A DNA stretch of 64,000 bases from Patescibacteria group bacterium (lineage in GTDB: Bacteria; Patescibacteriota; Patescibacteriia; UBA10025; JAHIVO01). The stretch covers positions 119,770 through 183,769 of the forward strand of contig JBAZKE010000001.1 of assembly GCA_041650915.1 (NCBI GenBank). The letters run 5' to 3'. The notes under the pieces were generated by a model. The model ran no database searches, was not told where the DNA came from, and saw only the letters and a program-made list of their open reading frames with translations. Below, piece after piece: positions 62,790 through 64,000 of the stretch. Positions within the stretch are counted from its first letter, which is position 1. The number at the start of each line of letters is the position of its first letter. Made by a program: the position numbers and the translations under genes.

Positions 62790-64000
62790 ATGGGCAGAAA
62801 ACTAGGAGAGAAAATCCGCAAGGAGTTCCCGATTTTTCATAACAATCCAGACCTTGTCTTCCTCGATTCCGCAGCTTCGACACAGAAACCTCGGGCAGTC
62901 ATCGATGCAGTGAGCGAATGCTATGATCGTTACTACGCGAATGTGCACCGAGGAATATATTCCCTCTCAGAGCGGTCGTCGGAGGCGTATGAGGCGGTGC
63001 GGGAAAAGGTGCGTTCGTTCATCAACGCAGGTTCCGTCAGGGAAGTCATTTTTACCCGCAATGCGACCGAGAGCATCAACCTCGTCGCGTATTCGTGGGG
63101 CAGGCATACACTTCAGAAGGGGGATGAGATCCTCATAACCATCATGGAGCACCATGCGAATATGGTGCCGTGGCAGGAGCTTGCACGCGAACGTGGCGCT
63201 GTGCTGAAGTACGCGCCGATCACGCCTGAGGGAAGGATTGACCTCAGAGCATTCGCGCGGCTCCTCAGCGAGAAGACGAAGCTCGTGGCATTCACCCACA
63301 TGTCGAACGTGCTCGGCACGATTAATCCGGTCACAGAGATGGTACGCATGATCCGTAAGCATACGGGCGCGGTCATTCTGGTTGACGGGGCGCAGAGCGT
63401 GCCGCATTTTCCGGTTGACGTGCAAGCCCTCGGAGTTGATTTCTACGCATTTTCGTCGCACAAGATGCTCGGCCCATCCGGGGTTGGGGTACTGTTTGGA
63501 AAGCAGGAGCTGCTCGAATCAATGCCGCCTTTCCTGACGGGCGGAGATATGATCTCCCGCGTACGAATCGGGGGCGCGGAGTGGAACGAACTCCCGTGGA
63601 AGTTTGAGGCCGGTACGCCGAGCATCGCCGACGTGATCGGTTTCGGTGCGGCAATCGACTTTCTGCAGTCGATCGGCATGGGAAATGTTTTTCAGCACGA
63701 GCTCGAGCTGACGGCCGAGGCTCTCGATGTGCTTAAAAAGATTGGCGGCATATCAATCGTAGGACCTGGCGAAGCAAAAGAGCGGGGGAGCGCTATAGCC
63801 TTTACCGTCGCGGACGTCCATCCGCACGACCTTGCTTCAATTTTTGATGAGGAGGGCGTTGCGGTGCGGGCAGGAAACCACTGTACGCAGCCGCTCCACG
63901 AGCATATTGGAATACCGGCGACGGCCCGTGCGAGCTTTTACCTCTATAATACGAGTCAAGATATCCATGCACTCGTAGATGCAATTAATAAAGTCAAAAA
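62790..64000 (+). CDS. sufS: Cysteine desulfurase SufS (3' end beyond window)
   Basis: Class V aminotransferase; PLP-Lys motif FSSHKMLGPSGVG; active-site Cys region RAGNHCTQPL; ORF open to window end. Confidence 0.88.
   Translation, partial: MGRKLGEKIRKEFPIFHNNPDLVFLDSAASTQKPRAVIDAVSECYDRYYANVHRGIYSLSERSSEAYEAVREKVRSFINAGSVREVIFTRNATESINLVAYSWGRHTLQKGDEILITIMEHHANMVPWQELARERGAVLKYAPITPEGRIDLRAFARLLSEKTKLVAFTHMSNVLGTINPVTEMVRMIRKHTGAVILVDGAQSVPHFPVDVQALGVDFYAFSSHKMLGPSGVGVLFGKQELLESMPPFLTGGDMISRVRIGGAEWNELPWKFEAGTPSIADVIGFGAAIDFLQSIGMGNVFQHELELTAEALDVLKKIGGISIVGPGEAKERGSAIAFTVADVHPHDLASIFDEEGVAVRAGNHCTQPLHEHIGIPATARASFYLYNTSQDIHALVDAINKVK

Overview
This 64 kb window has the gene content of a small, compact genome of the CPR/Patescibacteria type: moderately GC-rich, with tightly packed and often overlapping genes. 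Most of it is housekeeping: ychF, a THUMP RNA methyltransferase, rpsF-ssb-rpsR-efp, trpS, RNase J, secG, uvrC, uvrA, groES-groEL with a CIRCE operator, ppsA, dnaG-rpoD, mltG, rlmN, trmH, a NUDIX hydrolase, zupT, corA, an AMP-phosphorylase-like protein, and sufCBD-sufS. Four tRNAs are present: Leu-CAG, Ser-GGA, and two divergent copies of Asn-GTT. The most unusual structure is a low-GC stretch of about 5.5 kb (30.2-35.6 kb) that begins at the first tRNA-Asn. It is punctuated by at least three degenerate copies of the tRNA-Asn 3' end (T-arm plus acceptor). These copies partition cassette-like units encoding PadR-DUF1048, PadR-DUF1700, a secreted protein and MltG. No integrase lies in the window. 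This looks like repeated site-specific integration at tRNA-Asn, or a cassette array using tRNA-derived attachment sites. The second tRNA-Asn (41.2 kb) is followed by a short-chain dehydrogenase pseudogene fragment, another integration scar. Other notable signals are listed here. (1) Two giant secreted FG-GAP-repeat proteins, one fused to a clan GH-A glycoside hydrolase domain, with mosaic GC content and 66-nt direct repeats that flank its gene. (2) A 24-bp perfect palindrome in the promoter of a DUF5320-DUF134-thioredoxin/CcdA-fusion operon. (3) A tandem ATGATATCAT palindrome operator in front of an SPFH-RHH operon. (4) A promoter-leader-terminator (attenuator-like) arrangement upstream of a small unknown gene. 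(5) A Fur-family regulator with a Cys-rich tail, followed by a +1-frame Cys-rich micro-ORF, directly upstream of suf. (6) A MerR/B12-binding (CarH-like) regulator among metal transporters. No CRISPR array, rRNA, transposase or integrase was detected.
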